DNA from: Dipteris shenzhenensis
Taxonomy: Eukaryota
Length of the DNA: 64,000 bases
NCBI GenBank assembly: GCA_047967505.1
Contig: CM106538.1
Direction: 5' to 3' (one strand)
The position numbers and the translations under genes were made by a program. Below the pieces are notes generated by a model. It saw only the letters and a program-made list of their open reading frames with translations. It did no database searches and was not told the origin of the DNA. Of the stretch, positions 9,821-22,439 are shown piece after piece; the stretch's first letter is position 1, and each line of letters begins with the position of its first letter.

Positions 9821-11329
9821 TTATAGAACACTACAAAAAACACAGCTTCTGCCTCACAAGGGCAAATCTGCAAAACTGACGAAAGTGGTATTTGACCACA
9901 CAGTCACTTCCTAGTGACGATTTTGCATCAACAGGCAATAAGGATGATTTTGTAACTCCCAATATCTCTGCATAGAGTCATACCATGCAATTTCTTTAGC
10001 AACTTTTCACCGACCTACAGAATAGTGGTCGCATAGCAAAAACAAGGCTTTTTTCTCAGTGCTTGTGGAGAACTTCCGCCTCCAAAATGGGCCCCGTAGC
10101 ATATACTACCCTCTTGCCACACCGCAAAGGGCGTCTCAATGAGACAATGCACTCTTGCACTTTCCGGCTGTGCTACCTGCAGAGATTTGCTCCTCGAAAA
10201 AGGAAAGCAACATTGGTCCTCTTACCAGGACACCGCGAACTTGGTTTGCTTTCTTGAGCTCCTTACCACGAACCAGGCTCTGATACCATGTGAAGATAGT
10301 GGGAGAGAAGGAAGGAGTCTCACTTGCGGCTTTCTCACATACACAATGGTGGAATACACACAAAGGTGGAGGCTGAAAACAGTTTTCCTCTTCTTAGTTG
10401 TAAAAGCCAAAAGAACTCTAGTACAAAGAAATAGAAGAACCCTATATGTGGGTCTCAAACCAAACTCAGCTAACTAAGGTGGCATACTAACTGAGCCACA
10501 AACTAGAGTACATAAGGATAGCTATCATCTAGCTATTATTCATGGGCGGTGTACCAACCGCATCTGCAGCTAACAAGTCAATGACATAAATGCACAACGG
10601 TCACCCTGGCATATCACTAGTGGAGCTTGATATCTCAACAGATAGCACAAATGAAGAATGCCCATGATAACACCATTCAAATATCGAGAAAGAGTGAAGG
10701 TGGTGGTGGCAGTCAGATGAGAGTGAATGAAGATGGCACCCAAGTGACAAGTGATGAGAAAAAGGACATTCGAACAAGCAAATGTTTGGATTGCTCATTT
10801 CTGTGATGATAGAAAAGGACATTTAAACAACCAAATGTTTGGATTGCCCATTTGTACTAAACTCACTGTAAAGGAAAAAATAAATTATTGAAAAGGCCAC
10901 GGTAGATCCTTTGTACAAAGACTCATCCAGAGCAATATTTCTTGTAAACTTATGATAATGTAAAATTGCAAGCATAGCTATTGCTATTTTTTGGAGTACA
11001 AAAGAGGCTTCCATCATGTCTCATGTCTATATAAACCTTTTAATTCCTTGAATATTCAAGAGTGTTATAGTTTTCTGCATTGAAAGTAAAAAGAGTCTTG
11101 CAGGTCTCTTGTGTATACATTTTTAAAATTTTGCAAATCCTCAATAGCGTGGTTTTTCATGGATATAAACTAATAACTCGGATTTTTTAATTTAAGAATA
11201 TGATTCTTCAAAACAAGAAATACAAATTTAGGATTTAATAGTAGTTTTTACATTATTAGTACAACATTGTAGAGAGAGATTTTGAAATGTATTATGTGGA
11301 AATGACAGTGCCAAAAAGTAAACTTTTGA

Positions 11330-11900
11330 TTCTCGAATGACATTTTCATAAAGTAAACTTTTCTGTACTCCATGTAGCCACATTATGATGAGGCAATTAA
11401 ATAAAGACACTCAAAGATCCCACATATCACATACATGTCCAAACTCAAAGCCAATCTTAAAGACTTTGGAGTTGAGGGTTCCACCTTTCACGAGACGTCT
11501 ATTTTTTTCAAACTTGTTATACTCTCTTGCAGGGCTATTGCAAGCCTTCAATACATAAATGAATGTTTGGGCTTCTAGTTGGATGCCTTCCCATTGAATC
11601 CAATCATACAAATCCAAAGCAAACACATGCTCATCTTGCTTGTTATAACCTAGGATCATGGTAGACCAGTAAGACACATTACTCTAGGGAAACTGGTCAA
11701 AACTCCCTCGTGCATCCTCCATGTCCCCACATAAAAATATTCCCACAAATACATCCAAGAGTAAGACACTCTTTATTACTACATGGGAGTGGATGAGTCT
11801 ACCTTTATCTAGATGCCTTATTAATATAGATTTGTGGTAAAGCTACTCCCACCTTCCCTTGATTATGCAAGCCAAGTCGATGGCATGTCCAAATAATCTT
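11330..11900 (-). pseudogene. PLS-class pentatricopeptide-repeat (PPR) gene remnant
   Basis: WSTMILGYNKQDEHVFALDLYDWIQWEGIQLEAQTFIYVLKAC is a P/L-type motif junction. The preceding DVFVG...CGDMEDARGSFDQ fits an S motif. Many disruptions. Confidence 0.8.
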
Positions 11901-12519
11901 GCATCCAATGCATGTCCACTAGAATCATGCATCCAATGCATGTCCACCAGGTAGGCCACCAAATTAAGTCTTGGTGATTGGTAATTTACTACTGAGTCTA
12001 CTTACTCATGCTATCCTAGTGCCATGTCCAAATAATCATGCATGCTAGCCAGCTGGGCTACCAAGTTAAGACTTGGTGATTGGTAACCAACCACTCATGC
12101 TACTTACTCTACACACAAGCCTAGTAGTAATGCAAGTCTAGTGCATGCAAGCTCGGTGGTTGTCATCATGGCTGCACTTCAAATCCTCACTACATTCTTA
12201 AATTGATGCAACCCTTGCACATACTCAATTTGATCACCCTTGCATCTAAAGCATGCCATCCAAGTGGCTGCATTCCTAATGGTTGAGGTGGCCAAATTAG
12301 GTCTCAATTATTGGTAATTAACTGTTGGCTCTACATAGTTCACATGCAAGCCCGGTGGTGGTTGTCATTGTGGCTACAATTTGAATCATCATTACATTCT
12401 TCAATTGAGCCGTATACTTGTGTCCAATTAACTACTTAATCTGCATACGAGCTTGGTGGTGCATGCATGCTCAGTTGTCACCATCCTTATGTCTTAAATC
12501 GGTGCCACCCTTGTGCATT

Positions 12520-13650
12520 CCCTTGCACACATAGCCATCTTAAACTTGCTCTAATTTCTACCTGCTATAGCCTCTATCCATTTCTATAACATCTATCCCC
12601 TCTCACAATAGATCCCTATGGACACAATGAGTTTTAAAAATCCACATCCAACCCATCCTTGATGGATCCCTCTAGCTCGCCATCTAGCCCCTCCCCAATG
12701 GACCCCATTGGCTTGTCATCCTAGCCCCTCCGATCTCAAAATCATGAGGCATAGTCCCATCCAGCTTCAGATTCCCGATATGTGTTCTCTTACCAATTTC
12801 ACCAAGATGACAAAAGAAGTAAATGTAAAGGAGGGATATATTTTCTATCATAATCAAAAAATTTCTATATATGGAAGCATGATTGAAAAGGTGCTTAGTG
12901 TCCTTGGAGGTAGTTTGCAATGGGTGAAATTAGCAAGGCATATCCTAAATTTCTTGTCTTGCCAGCTAGCCATGATTGAAAAGGTGCTTAGTGTCCTTGG
13001 AGGTAGTTTGCAATGGGTGAAATTAGCAAGGCATATCCTAAATTTCTTGTCTTGCCAGCTAGCCATGAAATTTTAAAGCATTTATTTTGGGATGGATTTA
13101 ACCAATTTTGATCTATAAGCCTCCCTAACACATGGCCTTGCACAGTCTCTTGTACTTAGCCATATTAAACTTGACGTAACTTCTACTTGCAGCTTCTATC
13201 CCCTCTCACAATGGATCACTCTAGACACAATGAGCTTCAAAACTTCACATCCATCCCCTCCTCGATGGATCTATCTAGCTCGCCATCCAGCCCCTTCCCA
13301 ATGGCCCCCTCTAGCTTCTCATTTGGCCCCTAGTCCCAACTTCAGATGCTTTATATGTGCTTTTGCCAACTTCACCAAGATGACAAAAGAAGTGAATGTA
13401 AAGGAGAGATATATTGTCTGTCATAATTAAAAAAATAATATTGAAGGAATCATGATTGAAAAGGTGCTCAGTGTCCTTGGAGGCAATTTGAAATGGGTGA
13501 AATTAGCAAGGCAAGTCCCAGATTAGCAAATTTGCAATGGGTGAAATTAGCAAGGCAAGTCCCAAATTTCTTGTCTTGCCAGCTAGCCGTGAAAGTTTAA
13601 AGCATGTATTTTGGGATGGATTTACCAACTGATCTATAAGCTCCCTTGGT
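12520..13650. repeat. Diverged ~600-bp tandem duplication containing an exact 93-bp tandem duplication (12878-13067)
   Basis: CTATCCCCTCTCACAAT...GACACAATGAG...CACCAAGATGACAAAAGAAGT recurs at ~12592 and ~13196. CATGATTGAAAAGG...GCCAGCTAGC repeats with period 93. Confidence 0.9.
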
Positions 13651-16639
13651 TGAGTGCTCTTGTACCACACTAGCCAAATTTTTTTTGTTTGTACCAACTG
13701 TACCAGTTGGGATCACTGTACCAATTATGACATCAGAGCGGTTTGCCTAGCACTTGTCGCCTAAGAGCAGGAGTACTATGTTTCCATTGATTGTGTGGAG
13801 ATGGTTTGTGCCAAGAGGGGGCTTCTTTGATAGTACCTATGGCAATCTTTAGCACTCAATCGGATCATCACATGATGGATTCCTCCAGCTGTTCCAGTAG
13901 CACACCTAGCTCCTTGGCAATCATGTTCCATCTAAGATTTGAGAGGGGGTGTTGGAGGTCAACATCTCTTGATGTAGCATTGTAGAGAGAGAGGACCTTG
14001 CTTGTGGGTGTGCCCGTCGCATGAGAGGTTAGAGTAGGCTGAGTGAGGACCTTGTTGTGGGCATGCCCACCTCGTGAGAGGTTAGGCAAGGCTGAGTGAG
14101 GCCCTTGTTGTGGGTGTGCCCTCCACCGTGAGGCTAGAGCAGATGCACCACGGCATGGTGGTAGGCTAAGGGTGTTCTAGGATTGGTCCACATTGTTTAG
14201 GGACCTGTTTGTAGGCTACTTTGGTGGCGCACAGGTGGCAAATTTCCTAGGGGGAGGTCGGTGAGGTCATAGCTATAAGGCCACCCTTTGGGAAAGGTTA
14301 CCGTAGTAGCACTTTTAGAGGCTGTCGCCTGACCCGCAGGTCGACCACCTAGGCCCTTGGGTCGGCCTATAGGAAGAAGGATCAATTCCCTTATGGGCTG
14401 GTTGCAGCCTTTCTATAGGGCAATTGGCTAGGTAGGCAGAAAAATCCACATTGGGTAGGGAGCCCCCTTTATAGGGTTAATGGTGGTAGCCCCTATGGGG
14501 AGGAGGAGGAATTGGCACACATACTGTAGGGGCCATCCCACCTATAGTGGGGGTCAACCAACATGCTAGAGGGGGATATTTGCCTATATATAGGGACCCC
14601 TCCAACACTTGTTTACATCTCATTGTGTAGTAGTTGGTGCCATATATAGCAAAGGTTTTCCCCACCACTTTTGGGGTTTTGTCCTACACTTTCTCCTCTC
14701 CTTCTTAGTTGTGTGTGTGTAATGTTTTTTAGATCCTCTTCAGTAACAAAGTTGCTCTCTTTGTGAAAATGAATTGCCTTGAGGCCTGTTGGGACCCTTA
14801 CTCTCCCCAGGGAGATTCCATGATTTGAGAAAAGGTAGCCTTGAGGGTTTTAATTGTTTGAATATTCTATTAAAGAGTGTAAGAGCGTTTGACTATAGTT
14901 TTCTTCTTTAATCGAAACTTCATACAATAGAGTGGAGCAAGGCTCCTGCATTTTGTTGGGCATTAGATTGTTGACTAAACACTCTCAATTAATATTTGTT
15001 TGCCGAGAATTGTTGTGAGCTCTTGGGTGATGTTTTGTATGGAGCTTGGCGTGTCCATTATGGTCTTGGAAGAGTGCAGGGATGGCATTTCAATTTTGAA
15101 TTGCTAGTGGAGATTACATATTTGTTGAAAGGTTATTTTGGCTTGTCGATTGAACTTTGATTGGATCTTCTTTTATCGTTTTGGCCTTTCTTGATGGTTT
15201 TGTCACATCATAGATGCATTATGAAGCGGTTGTATTCTAGCTGAGCTTGTGAATTCCAAGCCAGGAAAAGAAACAAGTTACAAGATGTGCAAAGATGATG
15301 TGGAGAGGATTTCGCTAAAAAGCAATATCAAAAGCCACTAAAATCTGTCTAACTAAAAATCAAAGTTCAAGAGTGTTTCTAATGCAAAATACTCTTACGA
15401 AGAGTTCATGTTTTTCTATTCTATTAGATATTGAGGGGAAAGGAATAAAGACAACATAATGTGGTTATGTTTATGAGAGGCCACTATCTTGTAGTTTACT
15501 CAAATATTAGCCTTTCTGTAATGGGATGGTTTTGCCCAATCTCAAAAATGTTGCCATTTTGACTTATGCAAGGAAGGTTGCTATGTCATGCTATATTCAA
15601 ATTGCATTATTAACATCTAGAGTCATAGGATGGGCATATCTTTGGATTTAAGCAAGCATGTTTGTTGAAATCTAGATGCCTAGTTTCATTGTGCAGCATC
15701 TTATATTACATCTTGTATTGTCATGTAGTTTAAGCAAGGATATGGGGTTTTGGTAGTAACGTGCATCATTTGCCTTATTTGGATAGGATTTGTATAGTAG
15801 GAACATGGACTAAGACTCTCTTAAAAGCTTGCCTAGGCTAAGCCTTGACTACAAAAGCTTGACTGCTAACCAGATAAAGAGAGAAATCCTCATTTGACAA
15901 TCCTAACTGTAAGCTTGTTATTGCTTGTCTTTGCAGGAAGTTACTATCATTAATATGCTTACAAAGGCATTGCGACTTAGCACTTGGAACAAGGTATTGC
16001 TCAACAACAAGCTCAACTCTTTTGCCTACATCCTCATCTATTTGTGAGAAAAGTTGTAGAAGTGACAATATGTTTTCTCATGCACTTTATAGATATTTGT
16101 TAGCATTACATTTTCCAAATTATGTGATCGTTATGAGGATGGGTCATGTTATGAAGGAGTTTTGCAAGAGGTGCCATGTTATTGACTAATTTTTGCATAT
16201 GATTTTTACGTAGGATGCATCATGTTATGACTGAGTTTTGTATGGTTTACAGGGTGGGTCATGTTGTTAATGATTAATATTATGCCTTTCTTTTAAAGAT
16301 CAAAATGTTTTATAATGATAAGAAGATGGCTGCCAAGGATATAAAGTAATACTAAATATAGTAAAGAACTTCATTATCCCTTCTTGTCTTCCCTAAAGTG
16401 CCTAAAAGTCAAAAGAAGCGTAGGTAGTTGGATGCGAGTGCTCTTGAACTTGATGAAGATTCATTAGAATAGAATTCGGTGAGAGTATTGGTCAGGTACA
16501 AGTAGCCCGGAAATAAAATGCGAGGAGAACTTTTCTTAATTCTTGGGTATCACATTTAAAAGGACTCATTTTGCAAAAAATGACATAGCTTATATGAAAT
16601 TTGCACCATTGTTGGACTTACTATGATGTTGTGGAGTGA

Positions 16640-18130
16640 GACATGTGCCTCAATATCTTTATAATAACAATTAAGCTACATCTAGGTTTGTTGCAATTAT
16701 AGTTGATTGTATTTGCAAGGACATGAAAAGAAAATTAAAGGAATCTCCTTTTTTGGGAATTTTTGTAGATCAGTCAATTGATGTATCTATGGTGGGTCCT
16801 CATATCTTATATGGGAGTTACATAGGGATGCATGTGTCGCATGTTTCATTCTTAGGATTGATAAAGATGCAAGACAAATCAGTAATGGGTTTGTATGTAG
16901 TGCTTAAAGAGTTCTTTACATGCCATGATATTAATGAGTAAAAAATGGTGGGTTATGGATTTGATGGTGACTCTGTTATGCTTGGAAGAGAAAAATGTCT
17001 TGCAACTTTGTTAAGGAAGGTAGGTCCATTCTTGACTTCCATTCATTGTGTTGCACATTGAACACACTTATGCGCATAGGTGCATCGAAGTAAAGTGATT
17101 TTGCTTGGAAGATAGACTCAATTTAAATGAATCGGGACATTACTAAAGAAGAGCTCAACATGCATGATCAAATTGACTAAGCTAGAGGAAAAATCTAATT
17201 ATCCTACATTATACATAAAAAATATTCACAAGGTTGAATGGTTAAGTAAATAAAAGGTGATTGTGAGAAAATGTGAAGTCCTTGAGAGCCATTGCTGGAA
17301 TTTTTGAATATGAAAGAGTATCTAGGTTTGAGTTCATATATAGCTTGAATTTTCTTGCAGGCTTGTTAAACACACTTATGCACGTAGGTGCATTGAAGCA
17401 AAGTGATCTTGCTTTGAAGATAGACTCAATTTAATTGACATTGTGACACTACTAAAGAAGACCTCAACATGCATGATCAAATTGACTAAGCTAGAGGATG
17501 AATCTAATTATCCTACATTATACATAAAAAATATTCACAAGGTTGAATGGTTAAGTGAATAAAAGGTGATTGTGAGTATATGTGAAGTCCTTGAGAGCCA
17601 TTGCTAGAATTTTTGAATATGAGAGAGTATCTAAAGGTTTGAGTTCATATATAGCTTGCATTTTCTTGTAGGCTTGTTGGATCATATCCCACACTTAAAT
17701 TACGTATTTCAAAAAGACTATGTGGATGTAATGACTGGTCTCTAGCTTAATAATTGCAACAATGGGGCAATACAGCTAGAGTTCATAGTAGATCCTCCTA
17801 TAGACATGAATGCATGGTAACTTGATTAAGGACAACAATGAAGGGATAATTTTTTTGTGGAGTTAAAATATAAAGGTATGCTATAGGATATAATTTGCAA
17901 GTTGCCATTGACTTTCAAAGGAATATTGTTCTTTGATATTGGATGCCTTAATTGAGAGGTTTACAAACAACACTATTTTGAGGAGCTTTAAACTACTATG
18001 TCCTTTCTTGTTTCCATCTGCACATCTTTTGAGTGCTATGGAGATGAAAATTGCTTGAGTTTTATGGGTCTTCAAAGATAGTTAATGGAGAAGTTTGTAG
18101 AAGTCTCATGGATGAGAGATGCTTGAGAAG
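16640..18130 (+). mobile_element. hAT-superfamily transposase remnant (ZNF862/DUF4371-like) with an internal 308-bp tandem duplication
   Basis: LKESPFLGIFVDQSIDVS, FLGLIKMQDKS, MVGYGFDGDSVMLG and SIHCVAH*THL. 17061-17367 is repeated at 17369-17678. Many stops; no termini found. Confidence 0.85.
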
Positions 18131-19417
18131 AGGTGGCAGGGCATGACCATGTGCCACCCTTCCACGTAAGAGGACCCATAAGGTGTGTTGTACATAATCC
18201 ATGGTAGTAATAATATAAAATGATAACCCCTCCACCTAGGTGGTCCCATGCCTGCATTTAGTGAGATATGGCCCAAGGACCATGGGAGAAGTAATATAAA
18301 ATAGGTGGAGATGGATATTATACTGGATTATTCCCTCCATGTAGGATAGGCCCATGTGGGGGGAGGGGGGTGTAGAAAGTCCAAGAATGCAAGTTAAATA
18401 ATGGGAAAGTAGGATGAGGTGGCAACATTCCTTGTGCCAACCCTCCACTTGTCCTCCTAGATGTTTGAACGTATTATAAAATTGGGAAGAGACCAAGGGA
18501 GTATCTTAGAGTTGGGATATGGGGGTTGATTTATGTGGAAAAATGAGGCAAAGGGTTGTCGCACACAATTGAGGGTGCATAACCGCCTAGCCCACATGGG
18601 AGATTCTTCCACACACACCATGCATGTGGGAGGATGCATTTATTGGGAGAGACCTCCTCTCTTGGCTATAAAAGGAGGGGGCTATTCCTTGATGGGATAC
18701 GCTCATTCTTGTAAAGCCACCTAGCTAGTACTTCGATTTCTTCCCCCCATCCTTCCTTTCAAATAAAGCATGACCCTCCTCCCTTGATGTCTCCATCTCT
18801 ACATTCCTCTACCCATTATGTATATGCTCCTCTTTCCCCTCTCCCTCTCCCCTTGTGCCATAGTCTCCCTCTTCATTCCCACCCCTCTTAATCCCTTTTC
18901 CCCACCCATGTTAATGCTTCTCCCCTCACGTTCCCTTTTCCTATATGGCCCTCGAGCATCGCCATGCCTAGCGTCTAGCCTCTTGTCTCGAATTCTTTTC
19001 TAGTTAATAGAAATGGTGTGGCTGCTAGGATGAAAATCTCCACGGCTAGTGGCATAAAATTTGTACGGCTGGGTGTAGTTCTGCAACACCTTTTGTGTGT
19101 GGTTCTCTGCTTCTGCACCTCCAACCTGCGTGTCTTCTGCTTGCAGTTCTCTGTCTCTATGGCTGCAGAACTTCTCAGTTTCTGCACCTTCCGCCTGCGG
19201 TTCCTACATATCTTCTGGGTTGTTGCACGTCTTTTGTGCAGCGCCACACATCTTCTGGTCGACCGCGTCTACAACATCGCTTCTGCGCATCTTTTGTGCA
19301 GTGCCATGCAAAACTGCTCCTGCGCATTTGCAACAGACCTCGCGCCCCCCCTTCTATCTTCTTCTTCTTCTCCTTCTCTTTCTCTTCTCTTCTCCTCTCC
19401 TCTCCTCTCTTTTTATT

Positions 19418-19485
19418 AAGGAGTGGGAATTGAATCCAAGACCTCCCCATTCACAAAAGGAAGACTTACCAATGGGCCAGTAAAT
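19418..19485 (-). mobile_element. tRNA-derived SINE head or degenerate tRNA pseudogene
   Basis: Minus strand reads CTGGCCCATTGGTAAG (A-box-like)...TTGTGAA...GGTCTTGGATTCAATTCCCACTCC (B-box-like) at tRNA spacing. Stems are imperfect. Confidence 0.45.
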
Positions 19486-19589
19486 AGGAAGTGATGAAAG
19501 TGTAATGATATTGCTTATATGGTGAAATCTCATGAACTGTAGCTCTCTAACTGTAGGGAGTTTCCTCTTGTTGTAAAAAGCAAAAGTAC

Positions 19590-21030
19590 TTCATTTCATG
19601 TGCTCTATTCATATCTGATACTAGATCGTAGATTCTAAACTTTTTCAAGTTCACTCCTTGGATGCACGCCACACGAGGAGGGTGGATATTTATGTCACTT
19701 CTCGACGAGTTCAAGGATTTGGTACTTGGTCCTCCGCTCATTACGGCTACCAATTGGCAAGATCTCTTTCTTGATCTTCATGTCAATCTTCAACAACTGA
19801 TTGTATAATGCATTGTTCAAGGAGACAACGGGTGGGATGATACACCATGGATGATTCAAGGTGAAGAACTAGTGATACACTGGGAGGACTTTGATTTCAA
19901 TTGTACTCATTGTGCGGTGATCGAGCTACTTGCTACATTGGAGATAATTAAAAGGGTGATATTCTTTGAAGGGTGGGATGATCCCCAAGCTTGGAGGGAG
20001 ATTTGGCACATCTGCTTATTAATTCCTATGGATAAGCTCGTCTTGAATGATTTCTTCTCGATCTCACTACAAAGGTTTCTAGGGCTCGGCTATGGTTAGT
20101 AATGTTTCGAACAAGGAATCCCTTTGTACCTAATCAACCTTTTGTGCCTCATTTTGAGCTTCAAGTTGTAATTCTTTTTGGTCTAAAGATAAACTATCAA
20201 CAAAGGATTGCAAGTTTATTTGGTGCTAAACGTCTTGCTCAAGTATTGAATTCTCCCCACCCTCTCCTTCTACCTATCTTGGACTATCGAGAAACTTGGG
20301 ATGTCTGGATTTTAGTCTGGGTGTGATGACATCTTGGCTCCTCCAATTTGATGGTGCATACAAACCTTCGACCAAGGCTGCTAGTGTGAGTGTGAACCTC
20401 ACTTCACCAGGGGGTGAGGTGTATTGTTATAGCAAGTCAAGTACTTGCAACCAAGCTAAATACTCAGCACTCATTTTTGGGCTACAAAAGGCACAAGAAC
20501 ATCGCATCAAGCAACTTGAGGTGCAAGGAGATTCTCAACTCATGTGTGGACAAGTTAGTGGAAGGTGAAAGGTGCAAAGCAAAGGCTTGGTTCCACGATA
20601 TCAACAAGCATTGGAACTTTTTTAACAATTTGAAGACGTAAAAATTCAGCATATCCCTCGAGCTCAAAATATAGTTGCTGATTTCTTGGCACATGAAGCT
20701 TGCAGTTCAATCATGCATGAAGCGAGTGGAAGCACTGCCCCAACAAAGCTGCAAGCCACGAATGAGCATGATCAGTTGTAAGGAATGCAAAGGTTGTGGT
20801 CATCATGAAACTAAGTGTTGGGTATATTTGATACAAGTTTACCGAATTTGGAAGATCATCAGAAAGGTCCTTAAGGACATTGCACAAAAGAAGGATGCCA
20901 AACCGCACACCCCTTGAAGAAATAGCATGTTGACTACAAGAACTGGAAGAAGCTGAAGGTGATGTGCAAGCTCTCCAACTATTGACATTTGTCATGGCAT
21001 TCTTGTTTGCCTTGATGAACAACCTCATGT
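19590..21030 (+). pseudogene. Decayed ORF: unknown N-terminal region, archaeal/plant-type RNase HI (RVT_3-like), then a CCHC-like knuckle
   Basis: WLLQFDGA...TCNQAKYSALIFGLQKA...LEVQGDSQL...IQHIPRAQNIVADFLA at 20330-20700, followed by CKECKGCGHHETKC. The upstream frame from ~19590 is largely open apart from point stops. Confidence 0.7.
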
Positions 21031-21286
21031 AGTGCCGCGTCTTTAACCCTTGCTTGTAAAGATGGATGCAATATCATGAGGGTTGGTCCTTTTAAGATTG
21101 TCTATGAGCTATTCTATGCTGAAGATTCTTCCCATATAATATTTCACAATACACCAGTCACACCCTACCCTACCTATGTGTGCTTTGTAGATGTATCTTC
21201 ACTTGATTTTTAGTCCAAGCTACCTCTTTTCAATTTTTGCCAATAGATAAGTCTCATTTCGTCTCTCTCTTTTCCATCTTCCAAGC

Positions 21287-22417
21287 ATGGCTAACATTCT
21301 CGTGTTCTGTGGTCGGGTGGAAGAAAATCCAAATGAGTATCTTGTGGCCTTCAAGCGTCATTGTGTTTCTCTCAACTTTCTTACTGAAGATAGATGGTTG
21401 TTGGTTCTTTCCACATTTCTAGAGGGTTTGGCTCAAGTGTGGTACGAGAAGCAGGCCAAAGACGTTCGCTAAAGTTGGCCGAGGTTGACAGCAGCTATGA
21501 TCGAGTATTTCGGCAAAGAAGAGGAGCCAAAGAATGTGTACCTAGAGGTGGCAAACCTAAAGCAGTCAGAAGGTGAGACGGTGCATCAATATGTGGATCA
21601 AGCGACTGTGCTCCTGGATCGTTTAATTGCCACACAGGAGGACAATGCCGGATTTCAAGCTGGAATGACTCAGCATGTGCTAGGATACCTTGTAGCAGGA
21701 GCAAGTGATGAATTCCGCCTCAAGCTTAAATGGGAGAATCCAGAAACCATGGTGCTAGCACATGAGATTGCTCAAAAGTTTGATAAAGTTCAATCTGACC
21801 CCGCTTCAAAGAAGACGATTGTCCCTCTGCAACCCCCTCAATTCTTGCAACAACAACCTGGGGGGTTCAACTCAGGGGCATACCCCCACCCCCCATCAAG
21901 GATGTATCCACCGCCTCCACCTCAAATGTATAATCCTCCCTTAGATGCCTACCCTCAATAAGGAGTATATCCTCAACCTCCGCCTGGAAGATTTCCTCAG
22001 CCTCGCCCATGAGCCCCCCTCCTTCCTACTCCCCCGGCCCCTCCTGCTAAAGAACCCGGAGTCAATGACCTAGCCAAGGCCCTGAATGATCTTCGGCTTG
22101 AGATGGTGGGCATAAAAAATCAAGCCAATCGCCCTCCAAAAGAACGTGCCAATGTTGTGTGCTACGAGTGCCATCAGAAGGGTCATTATCGCACGGAATG
22201 TCCCAATATTCCAAGGGTGAATCTTCTAAGTGAATTAGGCACCAAGGATTCTGACGTAGAGATCCTTGACCTCGGGAAAAGAAGTCGTACCACCTCGGAC
22301 CCCTCTCCAAACTGTGGATCGGGATGCCCCAGGAAGAAGGTGCCTTTCTCAGAGCCCTCAAATGCTAAGATGGCAGACCTACTAATAGAGAAGACTAAAA
22401 GAAGAATGGGTATTTAG
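21287..22417 (+). pseudogene. Ty3/Gypsy gag with zinc knuckle, truncated
   Basis: FCGRVEENPNEYL...FLEGLAQVWY...LKQSEGETVHQY, a proline-rich linker, and CYECHQKGHYRTEC. In-frame stops. Confidence 0.85.
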
Positions 22418-22439
22418 AATTTCATATGAACAAAATTGC

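Larger units (their letters stand above)
4483..10640 (-). mobile_element. Ty1/Copia LTR retrotransposon A1, internally deleted (gag joined to RT; no protease or integrase)
   Basis: LTRs 4483-4835 and 10289-10640 (TG...CA, roughly a dozen differences by eye). TSD GATAG at 4478-4482 and 10641-10645. PBS TGGTATCAGAGC (tRNA-iMet type) at 10277-10288 and PPT at 4836-4844. gag at 9130-9820; RT/RNase H (YVDDL, TDADWAG, CDNMS) at 4830-6000 and 8821-9130. Confidence 0.97.

Noticed and set aside
13700-14820. LTR element defined by PBS-like TGACATCAGAGC (~13728) and a TATA-containing LTR-like block (~14585)
   Set aside because: No paired LTR, TSD or coding domain found, so boundaries cannot be supported.
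18975-19483. Overlapping 90-133 aa ORFs on both strands
   Set aside because: They arise from low-complexity TTCTGC/CTT repeats that lack stops; no domain is recognisable.
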